Source: Cytophagales bacterium
Lineage (GTDB): Bacteria; Bacteroidota; Bacteroidia; Cytophagales; Cyclobacteriaceae
Assembly: GCA_013298505.1 (NCBI GenBank)
Contig: JAAFHY010000003.1
Span: 35,733-99,732, forward strand
Length of the DNA stretch: 64,000 bases
Direction: 5' to 3'
The position numbers and the translations under genes are program-made. Under the pieces are notes generated by a model. It was not told where the DNA came from and searched no databases. It was given only the letters and a program-made list of their open reading frames with translations. Positions 9,564 to 19,748 of the stretch are shown in pieces; within the stretch, counting starts at the first letter, position 1; every line of letters begins with the position of its first letter.

Positions 9564-10130
9564 TTATTGATTATCGGGTGTTTCGCCAATCGTGTTCACT
9601 TCGTTGGTAAAATCTTTGGGTGTAGGCAACTCATTAATATCGCTAATGCCGAAGTATTCCATGAATTTGGGACTGGTGCCGTATAAAATGGGTCTTCCGA
9701 TTGTTTCGGCTTTTCCTTGTATTTCTATTAGACCCTTATCCAACAGTTTTTGCATAGCGTAATCGCAGTTTACACCACGAATATTTTCTACTTCTGTTTT
9801 TGAGAGGGGCTGTTTGTAAGCAATAATAGACAATGTCTCCATGGCCGAAGTAGACAACCGTTTTTTTGATTGCTGCTTCAACATAATACCAATGCTTGCC
9901 TGATAGGCTGGCTTTGTCAAAAATTGAAATCCACCGGCTGCTTTATATAATTGAAAAGCGAACTCATCGCTCTTAAATTTTTCTTCTAAGTTCGCGATAG
10001 CACCTTCAATATCAGCTTCGGGCACATCAGCATTGAACATCTCCGATAAACATGCTTTTAAATCGGCCACTTTGGTTGCTGTGGGCGAGCAGAAGATAAG
10101 TGCCTCGATGTGGTTTTGTAGAAAGTCCAT
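9564..10130 (-). CDS. scpB: SMC-Scp complex subunit ScpB
   Basis: IEALIF, LSTSAMETLSIIAYKQP, IRGVNCD, GRPILYGTSPKFMEYFGI. Confidence 0.95.
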   Translation of the reverse strand: MDFLQNHIEALIFCSPTATKVADLKACLSEMFNADVPEADIEGAIANLEEKFKSDEFAFQLYKAAGGFQFLTKPAYQASIGIMLKQQSKKRLSTSAMETLSIIAYKQPLSKTEVENIRGVNCDYAMQKLLDKGLIEIQGKAETIGRPILYGTSPKFMEYFGISDINELPTPKDFTNEVNTIGETPDNQ

Positions 10131-10199
10131 TTGTTGATTTACGATGTTTGATTTACGCAGTAGGATGTACTTGCCTGCCAGTTGTCAATTGTCTACTGA

Positions 10200-11009
10200 T
10201 TAATCCTGCTTCATCATCTTCGCCTCAATCGACTGGGTAGTATGTGGCACGGCAATCAAGCGCTCTTTAGAAATCAATTTCCCAGTAACGGAACAAATGC
10301 CGTAGGTACCGTTTTTAATTCTGATCAAGGCGTTTTCTAAGTTCGTAATGTACTTCAACTGACGAGCAGCCAACTGGCTCAAATTTTCTTTCTCTGCTGT
10401 TTCGGCACCGTCTTCTAATACCTTGGTGTTTCCGCCAGAGGTGCTATCGGTTCCTGCATCGTTGGTGCGGGTAAGGGTGTCTTTCAAAATTTTAAATTCT
10501 TCTCTCGCCTTATTCAATTTACCGTTTATCAGCACATCAAACTCTTTCAGTTCATCTTCGCTGTAACGTGTTTTGTCATCATTAGCCGAAGGAGATTTTG
10601 CTTGCACGTGTGCGATCGGGCGCTGATTGATGATGGGGAAAATATTTAGTTGAGATGGAGATAGTTTTAATGGAGGTGCCGCTGGCTTATGTGCCTTCAC
10701 CTCATCGGGTGCGTTTATTTTCTTTTCCGCTGGTTGCTTTTTTTCAACGGGCGCCTTCTCCTTTTTTGGAGCTACTTCTTTCTTTGCTACTACTTTTTCT
10801 TTTGGTGCTGGCTTCACTTTGGCAACCACCTTTTTCACTGGTTTGGCTGGTGATTTCTTAGCAGGAGCCGATTTTTTAGCAGATGCCACCTTTTTAGGAG
10901 CAGGCTTTACTTTGGCCTTGGGGGCTTTTTTGGCCTTAGGGGCTGGCTTTGCTTTACTTACTGTCTTTTTAGCAGCCTTAGCCGCTTTTTTCTTTACTGA
11001 TTTTGCCAT
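10200..11009 (-). CDS. dksA: DksA/TraR family protein with Lys/Ala/Pro-rich N-terminus
   Basis: C-terminal LENALIRIKNGTYGICSVTGKLISKERLIAVPHTTQSIEAK; TATTTTTG promoter box upstream (11049-11056, minus). Confidence 0.8.
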   Translation of the reverse strand: MAKSVKKKAAKAAKKTVSKAKPAPKAKKAPKAKVKPAPKKVASAKKSAPAKKSPAKPVKKVVAKVKPAPKEKVVAKKEVAPKKEKAPVEKKQPAEKKINAPDEVKAHKPAAPPLKLSPSQLNIFPIINQRPIAHVQAKSPSANDDKTRYSEDELKEFDVLINGKLNKAREEFKILKDTLTRTNDAGTDSTSGGNTKVLEDGAETAEKENLSQLAARQLKYITNLENALIRIKNGTYGICSVTGKLISKERLIAVPHTTQSIEAKMMKQD

Positions 11010-11090
11010 AAGAAAGTCCTTTAATTCAAGGGTTTAAAAAAAGATGCGCAAAAATACGGGCTATGGCGTGAAACAAAAAATCTATTAGGA

Positions 11091-13673
11091 TTAATTCCCG
11101 CTGGCTACAATAATTCTTTCGCGATAGGTTTTGACTTGCCCTTTGGTATCAAAAACCTCTACCCAAACCATGTAATAGCCTGCTCGGGCTTTGGTGCTGT
11201 CATCGCGGTCGCCATCCCACCTGAAAAAGCCTTCAAAACCAATGGTTTGATTGTTGGCAATGGTTTTTGTCAGGCGGCCTTGTTGATCGAAGATTTTAAC
11301 ATTGGCCACCCATCCGCCTTGCTCGAAGCGGTAGGTGATCTTGGCAAAGTCTTGCCCTGCACGATCAATCGAAAACACTTCGGGTTCAATTTGAATCGCC
11401 CGATCGGCAAGCAGATTATCTGGCCTGGCGCTAGAATTAAAATAACCGGGTGTAGCAAACCTGACTGCCGATGCTGCCGATCTCCAATTAGATGGCTCGT
11501 TGCTATTTGCTTCTACCGATATTCGCTCTAGAGAAACGCCTTCTTTGTCTTTAAGCAGTGGAGTGTGAAGTGCTTCTTCGTACAGAAAGTAATCGATTAC
11601 TTTCTGCTTATCCGATACCAACGCTACGGTGCCTTCGTCATCATTAAAACTCGGCATGGTCAGTTCAAAAAAGTTCTTTTCAACAGATTGTGGATACTGC
11701 GATTTGAGCGTAACCGAATTTGAAGTGAACACAAGATAAGAACCGGGCTTTAACATCACGTCTCGGTCAATGACCTTTTCGTTCTTGATGACGTTGCCTT
11801 CGTAGTTGGCTACCTTAAAGCCTTTTAAGTTGATGAACTTAGTAGACCTATTATATACTTCTAAAAAATCGACACCGCCAGATCGTGGATTAAACAATAG
11901 CTCGTTCACGATTACATCTAAACTATCGGCTTCTTCAGCTAAAGCAAATTCTAACTGATTAAATTCCGCTTGAATAAAATTACCTTCACAGTCTCTAAGA
12001 TTTGCTACTTGTGCCTTGTAAAGTTGTTTGTTAATAAGCGGTTGGCCGAGTTCAATTTTTAACGCTGTCAATGCTTGATTGTTAAAGTACACTTTTGAAA
12101 TGGGGATAGTTGGCTCAACAACAATCGAGATGTTGCCTAGCGGTTTTTCAAGTTTCTCATCAAAATCTAAAATCAGTTGATTCGGTTGCGCGATTACGGA
12201 TAGTAATTTTGGGCCAGTAAGATCAGGCTTATTTGCGAAAACAGAATTTTGCTTGCCAGGGGTGCCGCCTAATAAATTTTCGGAGTCAATCCAATTGCTG
12301 GCTTCTGCGCATGTATTTTCTGTGTCGATCAACTCAAGCGACCATCCACCGCCTTGCTTGTCTTCATCTTGGTACCAACTTGATGTGTAGATTACCGAAT
12401 CGATCAGCACATTTGTTCGCAGCGATAAATAATCGCCATCATTATTTAAGGTAGGGAAATTAGCTAGGCCGATTGTCTTGCCGAGCGAAATAAATTTTGA
12501 TGCTGAGCTAGCGGAGGTAACGATACAATACTCGTTTGGCAAAATGATTTGAGTCGCAAATGTTGCGGTCGAACTTCCGTCTGAAAGTTTCCAGCCAGCT
12601 AAGTCAATCGGGTTATCACTTCTATTGAAAAGCTCTATGTATTCGGCATCGGGCAAACCGATTTGTGGCGTTGGGTCGGCAAAGATTTCTGTAATGATGA
12701 TGTCTTTTGCATTGGTTGGTGATGGGGAGAAATATAAAAATTGCCGAGAGGCATTTATCATTGCATTTCCCGCTACATCTTTCACATTAGAAATCGAAAG
12801 TATTCTTTGAATTCCATTTGGGAACGACTGCGAGAATGTAAGCCTTATTGTTTTTTGGTCGGGTTGTAGATTAGCTGTTGATGGATCCCCGATTCCTTGA
12901 TCTACACTAAAATTAGTTAGTTGTGAAGCCGAAATTGGATCAAGTGGTTCGTCAAAAAGTACATCAAGTTGCGTTGCCGATAGCACAGAAACCGAAACGA
13001 TGGCTGGTGGTTTTGTGTCTCCAATTAGTGGGCCAATATAAAAATCATCAAAAAAGTGTTTGGTTGTAAAACTCGCAGTTGATTGCGTGATCTTCATCCC
13101 AAAAAAAGAACTCGTACCAAATGAGTTATCTGATTTTGTTCCCTCGGTTATGTACGCGTTCCCAGTTCCCGAAACATCGCGTTCTAATTTCCATACATCA
13201 GTGGCATCGCGCGTTACTTTTATTTTCAATTTGTTGTTGCTCGAATTAGTAACTCCATCTACTCCATCTACCAATATAGTTGCAACTCCATTGGTGCTTT
13301 TGTACAAACTGATTTCGTCTGGTGTGCCACCTATTCTAACAAAGTAGCCATTAACCAAGACCATTGTAGCATTGCTCGACATCAAATAGACATCTACAAA
13401 ATTAAGGCTCGAAGTATTAAATTGAAGATTGACGTAAAACTCCCATTGGGCATTGAGCGATTGTGCAGATGGCGTGCTAATTGAAAACGTAGAGTTTGGT
13501 GTAGCTGAGTTAGATCGCAGTTGGCCGCTGGCTATGATCCAGTTGGCAACGTTGTCGGGTGTCCAAGTAGGGTTGAGCGTGTAATCGCCATCCGAAAAAT
13601 CGTCCGTTATCTGCGCGCCACAAACGAGTGCAGAAAAAAGTACAAGACCTATCGTGCTGAATAGCCTCATCAT
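11091..13673 (-). CDS. Secreted lamin-tail-domain protein with Ig-like domains and T9SS-type C-terminal domain
   Basis: True start MMRLF at 13673; two LTD motifs (IIITEIFADPTP...EYIELFN; VIVNELLFNP...DFLEVYN); C-terminal KIFDQQGR...RWDG...AGYY. Confidence 0.8.
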   Translation of the reverse strand: MMRLFSTIGLVLFSALVCGAQITDDFSDGDYTLNPTWTPDNVANWIIASGQLRSNSATPNSTFSISTPSAQSLNAQWEFYVNLQFNTSSLNFVDVYLMSSNATMVLVNGYFVRIGGTPDEISLYKSTNGVATILVDGVDGVTNSSNNKLKIKVTRDATDVWKLERDVSGTGNAYITEGTKSDNSFGTSSFFGMKITQSTASFTTKHFFDDFYIGPLIGDTKPPAIVSVSVLSATQLDVLFDEPLDPISASQLTNFSVDQGIGDPSTANLQPDQKTIRLTFSQSFPNGIQRILSISNVKDVAGNAMINASRQFLYFSPSPTNAKDIIITEIFADPTPQIGLPDAEYIELFNRSDNPIDLAGWKLSDGSSTATFATQIILPNEYCIVTSASSASKFISLGKTIGLANFPTLNNDGDYLSLRTNVLIDSVIYTSSWYQDEDKQGGGWSLELIDTENTCAEASNWIDSENLLGGTPGKQNSVFANKPDLTGPKLLSVIAQPNQLILDFDEKLEKPLGNISIVVEPTIPISKVYFNNQALTALKIELGQPLINKQLYKAQVANLRDCEGNFIQAEFNQLEFALAEEADSLDVIVNELLFNPRSGGVDFLEVYNRSTKFINLKGFKVANYEGNVIKNEKVIDRDVMLKPGSYLVFTSNSVTLKSQYPQSVEKNFFELTMPSFNDDEGTVALVSDKQKVIDYFLYEEALHTPLLKDKEGVSLERISVEANSNEPSNWRSAASAVRFATPGYFNSSARPDNLLADRAIQIEPEVFSIDRAGQDFAKITYRFEQGGWVANVKIFDQQGRLTKTIANNQTIGFEGFFRWDGDRDDSTKARAGYYMVWVEVFDTKGQVKTYRERIIVASGN

Positions 13674-13716
13674 CTTATCAAAAATACTATTTTTACGGTT
13701 CTTAAAAATTACAGAA

Positions 13717-14712
13717 ATGAAACTAGCAGTTGTAGGTGCCACTGGTTTAGTGGGGCAAGAAATTTTGAAAGTGCTTGAAGAGCGCGAGGTTGAATTTGAC
13801 GAATTGTATTTGGTGGCTTCGGCCAAATCGGTAGGGCAAAAAATTACGTTCAAAAAGAAGGAATATACCATCATAGGCATGGAGGCAGCGGTAGAGCTTG
13901 CGGCTGATGTTGCTATTTTCTCTGCCGGTGGAAACACCTCACTAGAGTGGGCACCAAGGTTTGCCGAAAAAGGAACAATTGTAATCGACAATTCTTCGGC
14001 CTGGCGAATGGATCCAAACAAAAAATTGGTAGTGCCCGAAATCAATGGCAATGCGATTGAGTCAACCGATAAAATTATTGCCAACCCCAATTGCTCAACT
14101 ATTCAAATGGTGCTGGCACTTGCCCCGCTTCACGCTGCCTATAAAATAAAACGCATTGTCGTTTCTACTTATCAGTCGGTAACGGGCACGGGCAAAGATG
14201 CTGTTCAACAAATGATGGAAGAGCGCAGCGGCATCACCAACGGCATCAAAGTATATCCGCACAAGATTGATATGAACGCATTGCCGCACATTGACTCATT
14301 TTTAGACAATGGCTACACCAAAGAAGAAATGAAAATGGTGAATGAAACGCGCAAGATATTGAACGATCAAACCATTGGCGTTACCAGCACCACTGTGCGC
14401 ATACCTACCATTGGCGGCCACTCAGAGGCGGTGAATGTAGAGTTCGTTCACGATTTTGATTTGAAAGAAGTACGAAGTTTGTTAGAAGCCGCACCTGGCG
14501 TAATTGTGCAAGATGATGTGAAGAACAACGTTTACCCGATGCCAATCAATTCACACGGAAGAGACGAGGTTTTTGTGGGTCGCTTGCGCAGAGATGAATC
14601 TCAAGCCAATACATTAAACCTTTGGATTGTTTCTGATAATCTTAGAAAAGGTGCCGCAACCAACGCGGTGCAGATTGCTGAGTTTTTGATGGAGAAGAGT
14701 TTGGTTTATTGA
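13717..14712 (+). CDS. asd: Aspartate-semialdehyde dehydrogenase
   Basis: AVVGATGLVG, IIANPNCSTIQM, STYQSVTGTG, DNLRKGAATNAVQIAE. Confidence 0.97.
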   Translation: MKLAVVGATGLVGQEILKVLEEREVEFDELYLVASAKSVGQKITFKKKEYTIIGMEAAVELAADVAIFSAGGNTSLEWAPRFAEKGTIVIDNSSAWRMDPNKKLVVPEINGNAIESTDKIIANPNCSTIQMVLALAPLHAAYKIKRIVVSTYQSVTGTGKDAVQQMMEERSGITNGIKVYPHKIDMNALPHIDSFLDNGYTKEEMKMVNETRKILNDQTIGVTSTTVRIPTIGGHSEAVNVEFVHDFDLKEVRSLLEAAPGVIVQDDVKNNVYPMPINSHGRDEVFVGRLRRDESQANTLNLWIVSDNLRKGAATNAVQIAEFLMEKSLVY

Positions 14713-14779
14713 AGTAGCCGTAGAGAGCTTGATGTAAAAAAAATGCAATTCCCGATGTTATTTATTTAATCGTTAAGTT

Positions 14780-15334
14780 TTAGAATATACTCGTCAAGCG
14801 ATAATAATCGCTCATCGGTATTCTAAAATTCTCTCGGTCGGCTTCACTTTTAAAAATGGAAGTATACGAGTCCTTTATTTTCACTTGAATAGAATCTTGA
14901 TGTTGAATGGCCTCATAAATTTTGCTGCCAAACTCTAACATCCGTTCTCGTCCTCTCTCTTTAAGAATAATCGTATCAATTCCTGTATATGGGCTTTTAA
15001 TAATGAGTGATAGAAACTCCTCCTCATTCAAATCTTCGCTACACTCTACCAATAGATACGCTTCATCTTTAAGCCAGTTAATTACAATTACGGGATTAAT
15101 AAAAGTTCCTTCGGTGGGGCGATTACCAAATCGGTACGCTTGCCATTTTCCATCTGGGCTTTCGCGGTCGTAGTAAATTTGTCTGACATTCCGAAAGAAC
15201 AGGCTCGCATCTGCTTCCACTTTAAATTTGAATTTATCTCGATTAACTTTTCTATCACTATCAATTTTACAGGAAACAAATAGTACTGAGATGAATAGCA
15301 CATAAAGCATCAATGTTTGATTGGGAATTCTCAT
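14780..15334 (-). CDS. Hypothetical lipoprotein
   Basis: 184-aa ORF with lipobox-like LFVSC. Confidence 0.6.
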   Translation of the reverse strand: MRIPNQTLMLYVLFISVLFVSCKIDSDRKVNRDKFKFKVEADASLFFRNVRQIYYDRESPDGKWQAYRFGNRPTEGTFINPVIVINWLKDEAYLLVECSEDLNEEEFLSLIIKSPYTGIDTIILKERGRERMLEFGSKIYEAIQHQDSIQVKIKDSYTSIFKSEADRENFRIPMSDYYRLTSIF

Positions 15335-15360
15335 GGTTTGCTGAAGCGCTAAATAGCCCT

Positions 15361-15368
15361 TAACTTTG
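15361..15368 (+). promoter_or_regulatory. Bacteroidota -7 promoter element for lemA
   Basis: TAACTTTG matches TAnnTTTG, 22 nt upstream of ATG. Confidence 0.55.
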
Positions 15369-15390
15369 TGTAAAATTAAAAAAGATAATT

Positions 15391-15975
15391 ATGGAAATTT
15401 TGAAAAAATTCTGGTGGGTGGGTGCCTTAGCCATTTTGGTTCTGTGGGCAATCAGCAAATACAATGGCATGGCCGCTAAAGATCAAGAAGTGAAAAAGAC
15501 ATGGGGCGATGTAGAGTCTGACTACCAACGCAGATCGGATCTTATACCTAACTTGGTAAACACAGTAAAAGGCTACGCTAACTTTGAGCAAGAAACGCTT
15601 ACCAAAGTTATTGAAGCTCGTGCCAGTGCCACTCAAATGAAAATAGACCCCACTAATTTAACACCAGAAAAGTTAGCTGAATTTCAGCAAGCGCAAACGG
15701 GATTGAGTTCTGCCATCGGCAGATTGTTAGTTGTTTCTGAAAACTACCCTGAGTTGAAAGCAAACCAAAACTTCCTCGATCTTCAAGCACAATTAGAAGG
15801 CACCGAAAACAGAATTTCTGTTTCGCGTAAACGCTTCAACGAAGCCGTGCAAGGATTTAACACAGCCATTGTTGGCTTCCCTGGAAACTTGATTGCCAAG
15901 ATCGGAGGCTTTACCGAAAAAGGTTTCTTCAAAGCTGCTGAGGGTGCTGATAAAGCACCAGAAGTAAAATTCTAA
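15391..15975 (+). CDS. lemA: LemA family protein
   Basis: YQRRSDLIPNLVNTVKGYA, YPELKANQNFLDLQAQLEGTENRI. Confidence 0.96.
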   Translation: MEILKKFWWVGALAILVLWAISKYNGMAAKDQEVKKTWGDVESDYQRRSDLIPNLVNTVKGYANFEQETLTKVIEARASATQMKIDPTNLTPEKLAEFQQAQTGLSSAIGRLLVVSENYPELKANQNFLDLQAQLEGTENRISVSRKRFNEAVQGFNTAIVGFPGNLIAKIGGFTEKGFFKAAEGADKAPEVKF

Positions 15976-15988
15976 TCAGACATGTTTC

Positions 15989-16026
15989 AAAAAAAGCCCT
16001 AACGAAAATTTCGCTAGGGCTTTTTT
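15989..16026. terminator. Bidirectional intrinsic terminator between lemA and pyrH
   Basis: aaaaaagccctaacgaaa..tttcgctagggctttttt hairpin with A and T tails. Confidence 0.85.
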
Positions 16027-16075
16027 AATGATTCAGAAAGTTGATAAATCCATTCTTAATTTAGCTTCCTACGGA

Positions 16076-16780
16076 TTAGCTGATCAAGGTGCCCGCTTCT
16101 TCGCCTTTTACCACCTTCATTAGATTACCTTTCTTGTTCATATCAAATACGATGATGGGTAACTTGTTTTCTTGGCAAAGCGTAAAGGCCGTCATGTCCA
16201 TAATATTAAGATTCTTTTCGTAGGCCTCTTGAAAAGAAAGGGACTTGTAGCGAACGGCATCCGAGAATTTCTCGGGATCTTTTGTATAGACTCCATCTAC
16301 GCGCGTTCCTTTTAGCACCACATCTGCTTGTATTTCTATCGCCCGCAAACTGGCGGTAGAGTCTGTAGTGAAATAGGGGTTGCCAATGCCGGCTCCAAAA
16401 ATTACAATTCGATTCTTTTCAAGATGGCGAATGGCTCTCCGCCTGATGAAAGGCTCGCACACTTGCTCCATTTTAATACCCGCCATCAATCTGGTATACA
16501 TGCCGTGACGCTCCAGCGCACTTTGCAAAGCCATGGCGTTAATCACAGTGGCCAACATGCCCATGTAGTCGCCTTGCACACGATCGATGCCCAATGCTTC
16601 AGCTTGGCCTCCTCTAAAAATATTACCACCACCAATCACAATTGCCACCTGCACTCCCGAGTCTCTTATTTCTTTGATTTCGGCCGAGTATTGCTCCAAC
16701 ACAGCTGGGTCAATGTTGCTGTTTTTAGAACCCATCAGTGCTTCACCGCTTAGTTTGAGAACGATTCGCTTGTATTTCAT
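16076..16780 (-). CDS. pyrH: UMP kinase
   Basis: [34 protein letters not shown]. Confidence 0.97.
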   Translation of the reverse strand: MKYKRIVLKLSGEALMGSKNSNIDPAVLEQYSAEIKEIRDSGVQVAIVIGGGNIFRGGQAEALGIDRVQGDYMGMLATVINAMALQSALERHGMYTRLMAGIKMEQVCEPFIRRRAIRHLEKNRIVIFGAGIGNPYFTTDSTASLRAIEIQADVVLKGTRVDGVYTKDPEKFSDAVRYKSLSFQEAYEKNLNIMDMTAFTLCQENKLPIIVFDMNKKGNLMKVVKGEEAGTLIS

Positions 16781-16854
16781 TTTTATAAGTTGGCTAAACC
16801 ACGCAAATATGCACCGATTTTCAGGATTTTCCAGAGGCTTTTTTGCATGCCTGC

Positions 16855-18480
16855 CTACTTTCTTTCTAGTTGGATAAGCTGCTCAGACCACAGCAGGTTG
16901 CCTTTTTTATTTAGCTGCTCTTTTTTTACCAGTAGGTTTTCTTTGGCACTTACATAAAAAAGGGTGTAAGCCGAGTCGAGCTTTTGTGGTTGGTAGAGTC
17001 GTTTTTCAAAGACGAAGATCGAATCGGCCGTTAGTTGTTTGCTCAGTTGCAACAAAGGTTTAATCTCTCGGATGCACAATTGATACTTGCCTTCTTCATC
17101 TTCGCCATCGCGACAAAATCCAATTTTGTTTAACTCAAATACATCGTTATTGATGATCAGTAAATTTTTTTTTCTGAAAACAGAAACAACATTGGTTGTG
17201 CTACTCATATCTACATCGCTGTCGTAGGCAGTCCAGCCACTCATTTGGCTGCCTTCAAATTTTTTGATGAGCACTTTGTATGCTGAGCGTTCGCCTTGTG
17301 CGTTCACTCGCTGGTAAGTTGCTTCTTGCATGTTTACAATGCCCTTGCTTAAGTAAATCAGCAAAAAGGGTATAAAGAAAAAAGTGAACAACAAGTACGA
17401 GAAGCCTATTAATCGGTATTTTAAAGTAAGCTGGCCAAGGCCTTGCGCTAATTTGAGAGGCAAATCTTTTACATACGGAATTGGCAAGAAGATCATCATG
17501 CCAATGAAATTGAATAAGAAATGAGCAATGGCAATGCTGATGGCAGCATTTGAATTGAACGTGGCAGCCACAAATGCAGTAATGGTAGTGCCGATGTTAG
17601 CACCCAGAATAAAGGGTACAGCTGATTTTAGCTTCACTACTTTTTTTGCCACTAAGGGCACTACCAACGAAGTGGTAACCGTACTAGACCGAATGGCCGC
17701 GGTAGTCAATAATCCCCACAAAAAAGATTTAAGCGTATTCCTGAAAAAGAAGCGTTGAAATTTTTCGGGCGACCCGAAACCAAGTAGTTGGGTAATAATC
17801 TTGCGGAAAAAAAGAATGGATCCGAAAAGAAAGATAATAGACATCAATCCTAAAATCAGGCCATTATTAATAGAAGTTTGAAATAACTCGATCAGCCATT
17901 TGAAAGCACCCCCAAGAAAAGAGAAGTCAATTGCTACATTAGTAGATGGTTCATTAAAAAAAGTGGTAGCAATGCTTTTTGCTAAGCCCGATAAAAATCC
18001 AAAATAGTATTCGAGCGGAAATAGGATAATAGTAGTAAGGATGTTGAAGAAGTCGTGATAAGTACCCGCGGCTACGGCTCTCCTAAACTCTTTCTTTTTA
18101 GTAATAAAGCCAAGAGATACGATGGTACTTGTAATGGTAGTGCCGATGTTGGCACCCATAATAATTGGAACAGCTGCTTGCAAAGAGATAGACCCTGATG
18201 CTACCAATGCTACTACCATTGTTGTGGTGGCAGAGCTGCTTTGAATGATCGCAGTGATTAGTAAGCCAATGAACAATCCAGTAAACGGGTTGGACGTAGC
18301 TAATAAGATGGCATCAGTAGCAACATTGCCCAGTTGTTGTAGAGAGGCAATCATTAAATCGAGTGAGAATAAAAAAACCAGCAGCGCCACCAGAATAAAA
18401 AACGAATTTCTGGCATAGGTTTTCCACGGACTCTGATTGGAAGAACGAAGTAGTGGATCGGGGTTGGATTTAGCCTCCAT
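16855..18480 (-). CDS. Na+/Pi cotransporter family protein with soluble C-terminal extension
   Basis: QSSSATT and two GANIGTTIT repeats. Confidence 0.88.
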   Translation of the reverse strand: MEAKSNPDPLLRSSNQSPWKTYARNSFFILVALLVFLFSLDLMIASLQQLGNVATDAILLATSNPFTGLFIGLLITAIIQSSSATTTMVVALVASGSISLQAAVPIIMGANIGTTITSTIVSLGFITKKKEFRRAVAAGTYHDFFNILTTIILFPLEYYFGFLSGLAKSIATTFFNEPSTNVAIDFSFLGGAFKWLIELFQTSINNGLILGLMSIIFLFGSILFFRKIITQLLGFGSPEKFQRFFFRNTLKSFLWGLLTTAAIRSSTVTTSLVVPLVAKKVVKLKSAVPFILGANIGTTITAFVAATFNSNAAISIAIAHFLFNFIGMMIFLPIPYVKDLPLKLAQGLGQLTLKYRLIGFSYLLFTFFFIPFLLIYLSKGIVNMQEATYQRVNAQGERSAYKVLIKKFEGSQMSGWTAYDSDVDMSSTTNVVSVFRKKNLLIINNDVFELNKIGFCRDGEDEEGKYQLCIREIKPLLQLSKQLTADSIFVFEKRLYQPQKLDSAYTLFYVSAKENLLVKKEQLNKKGNLLWSEQLIQLERK

Positions 18481-18535
18481 GTATAGAGGTAAATATAGGT
18501 AGCTCGGTTGATTATAACCGACAGAATTCTACAGA

Positions 18536-19723
18536 TTATTTATTTGTTAATTCGGTAATTGCCATCCACGCCATCAGTCCGGGGGCAATGGAGAGAGCAT
18601 TTTCGTCAATGTCAAAAGTGGGTGTATGCACATACGAGGTAATTCCTTTCGCTTCGTTGCGAGTACCCAATCGATAGAAGGATGCCGGAATAATTTGAGA
18701 GTAGTAGGCAAAATCTTCTGAGCCTAACGTTAAATCAATATCTACCACATTTTCTGCGCCCACATATTCAGCAGCCGCTTGCTTAATTCGCTGTGTGAGT
18801 TGCGCATTGTTTTCGAGGTAGGGGTAGCCATGATGAATATCCACCTCACATTTCCCACCCATGCCTTCGGCAATGCCCTCAGCCATTTTCTTAATTTTCG
18901 TTAAGCCATCAGCTCGCCAGGTTTCATCTAATGCGCGAAAGGTGCCAGCAATGTTCACCTCATCGGGAATGATGTTGGTAGCACCATTGGCAGTTATTTT
19001 TCCAAATGTTAAAACCGTTGGCTGTTTGGGGCTTGCATTGCGACTGATAACTTGTTGCAAAGCGATAATGATGTGAGAGGCGATTACAACGGGATCTATC
19101 GTTAATTCCGGTGTCGCACCATGACCTCCTTTGCCAATTACCTTTAAATAAATCTCGTCACTACTTGCCATGTACTTGCCCTCTCTAAACCCAATTTTGC
19201 CAACGGGCAACAACGGAAAAACATGTTGGCCAATGATGGATGATGGCGCAGGGTTTTTAAGCACGCCTTCTTTAATCATGATCGAAGCTCCACCTGGATT
19301 TTTCTCTTCACCCGGTTGAAAGATTAATTTTATGGAGCCTTCAAATTGATCTTTGATAGTGTGTAAAATTTTTGCTGTGCCAAGTAAAGAGGATGTGTGC
19401 ACATCATGTCCGCACGCGTGCATGACTCCCGGATTGGACGATTTGTAATCAACTGTATTTTGTTCGGTAATGGGAAGTGCATCTATGTCTGCCCGAAGTG
19501 CGATCGTTTTTGTTGAGGGGTTTTTTCCTTCAATTAAAGCAACTACTCCAGTGCCTGCCATGCTCGTTGGTGTCAACCCAAAACGGATTAACTTTTCAGT
19601 AATAAACTTAGCCGTATTCACTTCTTGATACGATAGCTCGGGGTTTGCGTGAAGGTACCTTCTGAACGATACCACCTCTGCGGCATATTGATTAGAGAGC
19701 GATTTTATTTTAGCGATAAGCAT
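18536..19723 (-). CDS. M20D family amidohydrolase
   Basis: HANPELS, LRADIDALP, MHACGHDVH, QPGEE, SEDF. Confidence 0.93.
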   Translation of the reverse strand: MLIAKIKSLSNQYAAEVVSFRRYLHANPELSYQEVNTAKFITEKLIRFGLTPTSMAGTGVVALIEGKNPSTKTIALRADIDALPITEQNTVDYKSSNPGVMHACGHDVHTSSLLGTAKILHTIKDQFEGSIKLIFQPGEEKNPGGASIMIKEGVLKNPAPSSIIGQHVFPLLPVGKIGFREGKYMASSDEIYLKVIGKGGHGATPELTIDPVVIASHIIIALQQVISRNASPKQPTVLTFGKITANGATNIIPDEVNIAGTFRALDETWRADGLTKIKKMAEGIAEGMGGKCEVDIHHGYPYLENNAQLTQRIKQAAAEYVGAENVVDIDLTLGSEDFAYYSQIIPASFYRLGTRNEAKGITSYVHTPTFDIDENALSIAPGLMAWMAITELTNK

Positions 19724-19748
19724 GAAGCAAAAATAGCAAACAATATAG

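Noticed and set aside
13674-14090. N-terminal 139 aa of the 999-aa ORF 11091..14090
   Set aside because: Antisense shadow of asd; a signal peptide begins at MMRLF (13673).
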